A stretch of DNA of 64,000 nucleotides from Massalongia carnosa. Its lineage: Eukaryota. The notes under the pieces are model-generated. The model was not told where the DNA came from, did no database searches, and saw nothing but the letters and a program-made list of their open reading frames with translations. The first letter of the stretch is position 1. Every line of letters begins with the position of its first letter. Where the stretch lies: contig OZ287067.1 of the NCBI GenBank assembly GCA_965645245.1, positions 1,674,001-1,738,000 of the forward strand. The letters run 5' to 3'. A program made the position numbers and the translations under genes. Shown in pieces: positions 61,626 through 64,000 of the stretch.

Positions 61626-62196
61626 TGTGACGAAGCGAGATAGTGAATAGATTTCTACCATTGCGCCACCTGTCCTTCCCGACCAAAAGGCACAATACTT
61701 AGTCCGCAGACCAAGCTCTATTCTACTATAACTGGGTCTCCTGCTATGTTTGCTGTAGGTCCTGCCGTCCGCACCACGCTTGGTCGAACCGTTACACTAC
61801 CGCCCGTCTAGCTGCGGCTAGCCCCTAGCCGCTTCCAGTTATAGTTAGCCCCGAAGAATGGGCTCTTCATAGCGTACCGCCCTCGCTGATCCGACTTAGA
61901 GAGTTTTCATCCAACGCTTTCCCGTTTCGTCCTAGCTTCAGTCCGTCGAAGCAAGGCGAAAAAGCGAGGAACTCAGGTCAGGAATCGAACTCACGACTAG
62001 TACACCGATTGATGACTAAGTATTCTGTGACGAAGCGAGATAGTGAATAGATTTCTACCATTGCGCCACCTGTCCTTCCCGACCAAAAGGCACAATACTT
62101 AGTCCGCAGACCAAGCTCTATTCTACTATAACTGGGTCTCCTGCTATGTTTGCTGTAGGTCCTGCCGTCCGCACCACGCTTGGTCGAACCGTTACA
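61626..62196 (-). mobile_element. TRIM, young copy
   Basis: Apparently identical 171-bp LTRs 61626-61796 and 62026-62196, TSD GTTAG, PPT AGACGGGCGGTAG on the minus strand. Confidence 0.95.
61959..62075 (-). ncRNA. tRNA-like Pol III unit spanning the TRIM U5/PBS junction (predicted)
   Basis: A-box TGGCGCAATGG (62068-62058), B-box GAGTTCGATTCC (61992-61981), T5 (61963-61959); same layout in the 60022 copy. Confidence 0.5.
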
Positions 62197-62629
62197 GTTA
62201 GTATTTTATGTATTCTCAACTATACCATCTACTTACCACCAGGTATGCTCTTCCTGGTGGTTGGTTTTCTTATCGCACCAGTTCTGGCACCTGGTCCGGG
62301 TATTCTGTCGAGTGTTCGGTTTGGAATTCGCGTAGGTTTGCGCGTACGCTTGCGCGGAGTCTTCGGTGCCATACCTAAAAGCAAACAGGCAAGCAGACAG
62401 GTTATCAGTGGTCGCGCGTGGCAACTAGGTTAGGTTGGGTATGATTAGGTTCAGTATGACTAGGTTGGGTTGGCTAGTTTAGGGAGAATATGTATGCATG
62501 CGTTGGATTTAACTGAGTTTTTAGAACGTAAACGTAGTTATTAATGCTTTATCGCAGCATAATCTAGTCAATGAAGTTATATTCCTACAGCTATATCCTA
62601 TATATATATTCCAATATATACAATCCTCG

Positions 62630-64000
62630 TCATTCGCAACAATAAGCAGCTCGCAGATGATAGATTCAGAGATATACGATCTTCCAGTTAGAATTCAACG
62701 ACGAAAGGCTACTAATATCGGTGAAATTGTATATACCGACATTGCTGGCGGGGGGACATACCTCAGACAATTGGAGGAGCCATGTATGCTGCCTCCTTCG
62801 TTGACGATTTTACTGACTGAACTGTGATTTACCTTCTGAAGAAAAAATCCGAAATAAAGGAGGTCCTAAAGGACTATTTAGCATGGATAAAGACACAAGG
62901 ACACCCGGTCAAACTTATGCGCAGTGACAACGGAGGTGAGTATGCTGGCCATCAGACCTTACAAATTTTGAAGGACAATAGCATCGAGTGGGATGCGACA
63001 GCACCACACAATCCGAAGCAGAAAGGGGTAGCCGAGAGGTGCCTTCGCACCCTCTTCGAGCGAACCCGTGCGATTCTTAGTGATAGTAGAATGCCTTCTA
63101 ATCAATAGGGGGAGGCTATTTCCTACGTTACTTACCTGAAAAACAGGAGTCCAAGGCATGGTGATAAATCACCCTTCGAACTGATATATGGCAGATAGCC
63201 AGACTTGTCGGGTGCTCGTATCTTCGGGTGCGTAGCATACTCTTACAATGTTGACCCTCAGAAGAAGAAGCTAGACGACAGAAGCATCAAATGCAGATTT
63301 CTTAGCCTTCAAGGCAACAACAAGTATCGCATTTGGGACCTCACCTCCAAGAAACTCATCATTTCGGCACACGTGCTATGGGACGAGACCGCATCCCTTT
63401 CGGTTGAAGAATCGGGGGATGGTGGCGACGACGACTATGGCTTCTTACAATTCTTCTACCGAAATAGTGACGACGAGGTGGACACACCAGGAGTGATAAT
63501 TTATGCCAATGAAGATGAGGAACTCGTTAATGAGGAACCCCCTAAATAGCCTTTAGAACCGGAATTGGCAGATGAAGGAACCGGGAGAGAGGACGATGAT
63601 AAATCAGAAAGTTCAGAAAATTTCGAGGACTCACAAGTAGCCGACCTGACCTCTGGGTCATCGACTGCTCCTTTTACAGGCCAATTTGCCAGTAATTCCG
63701 AGCAGTCGATCAAATCCGTACCAGGACAGGTATCTCAGGAACCTAGACTACCACCTCCACCAATAGCATCATCCCGACCATCCCGAAACACCTCTCGACC
63801 CGATTATGCTTAATTAGCTGATCCATGGTCTAAGAAAGGAGGTAACAAGGGATTCGCATTGAGAGCTCTTAATGCCTCCTTAAACGACCTTACCGTCCCC
63901 AGTACCTACAAGGAGGCCATTCAGTCTTCAGAGGCTACCGAATGAATCCGAGCATCAGAGGAGGAGGTTGAATCTCATTCCATCAACGGGACCTGGGACC
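62630..64000 (+). mobile_element. Ty1/Copia retrotransposon relic (integrase to start of RT), runs off the window
   Basis: FVDDFT..MRSDNGGEY..TAPHNPKQKGVAER..RIFGCVAY..KKLDDRS..PSTYKEAI..NGTWD with integrase before RT; internal stops. Confidence 0.88.

Noticed and set aside
61959..62075. A functional host tRNA gene
   Set aside because: D-stem, T-stem and acceptor pairing are imperfect, no clear anticodon, and it lies inside a TSD-flanked TRIM. Kept only as tRNA-like.

Overview
Eukaryotic DNA from a filamentous ascomycete (Pezizomycotina-type GT..CTRAC..AG introns, RIP-like mutations), with a 200-N assembly gap at 12555-12754. The left ~30 kb is gene-rich. It holds V-ATPase subunit e (VMA9), a RING-H2 protein, an Rrn11-like factor, HRQ1 helicase, a RanBD (Yrb2/RanBP3-like) protein, a Yip1-family protein, an Ecm11-like protein and an RNF216-like RBR ligase, plus one young chromodomain Ty3/Gypsy insertion. 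From ~30.2 kb to the end I found no host genes, only a deeply nested transposon island: Tc1/mariner and pogo/Fot1 relics, two more Gypsy chromoviruses, many solo LTRs with 5-bp TSDs, a truncated Tad1-type LINE, a hAT-like MITE and a Copia relic. Three RNA-level observations stand out. (1) An 815-bp non-coding retroposon has a hand-folded HDV-like self-cleaving ribozyme whose first nucleotide abuts the TSD, followed by a 59-bp tandem array. (2) A 571-bp TRIM family appears to self-prime like Tf1 and carries a split tRNA-like Pol III unit (A-box in the LTR; B-box and T5 in the internal part). (3) Compensatory covariation supports self-priming and -1 frameshift structures in the two Gypsy families. 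All calls were made by eye, with no database searches or folding software.
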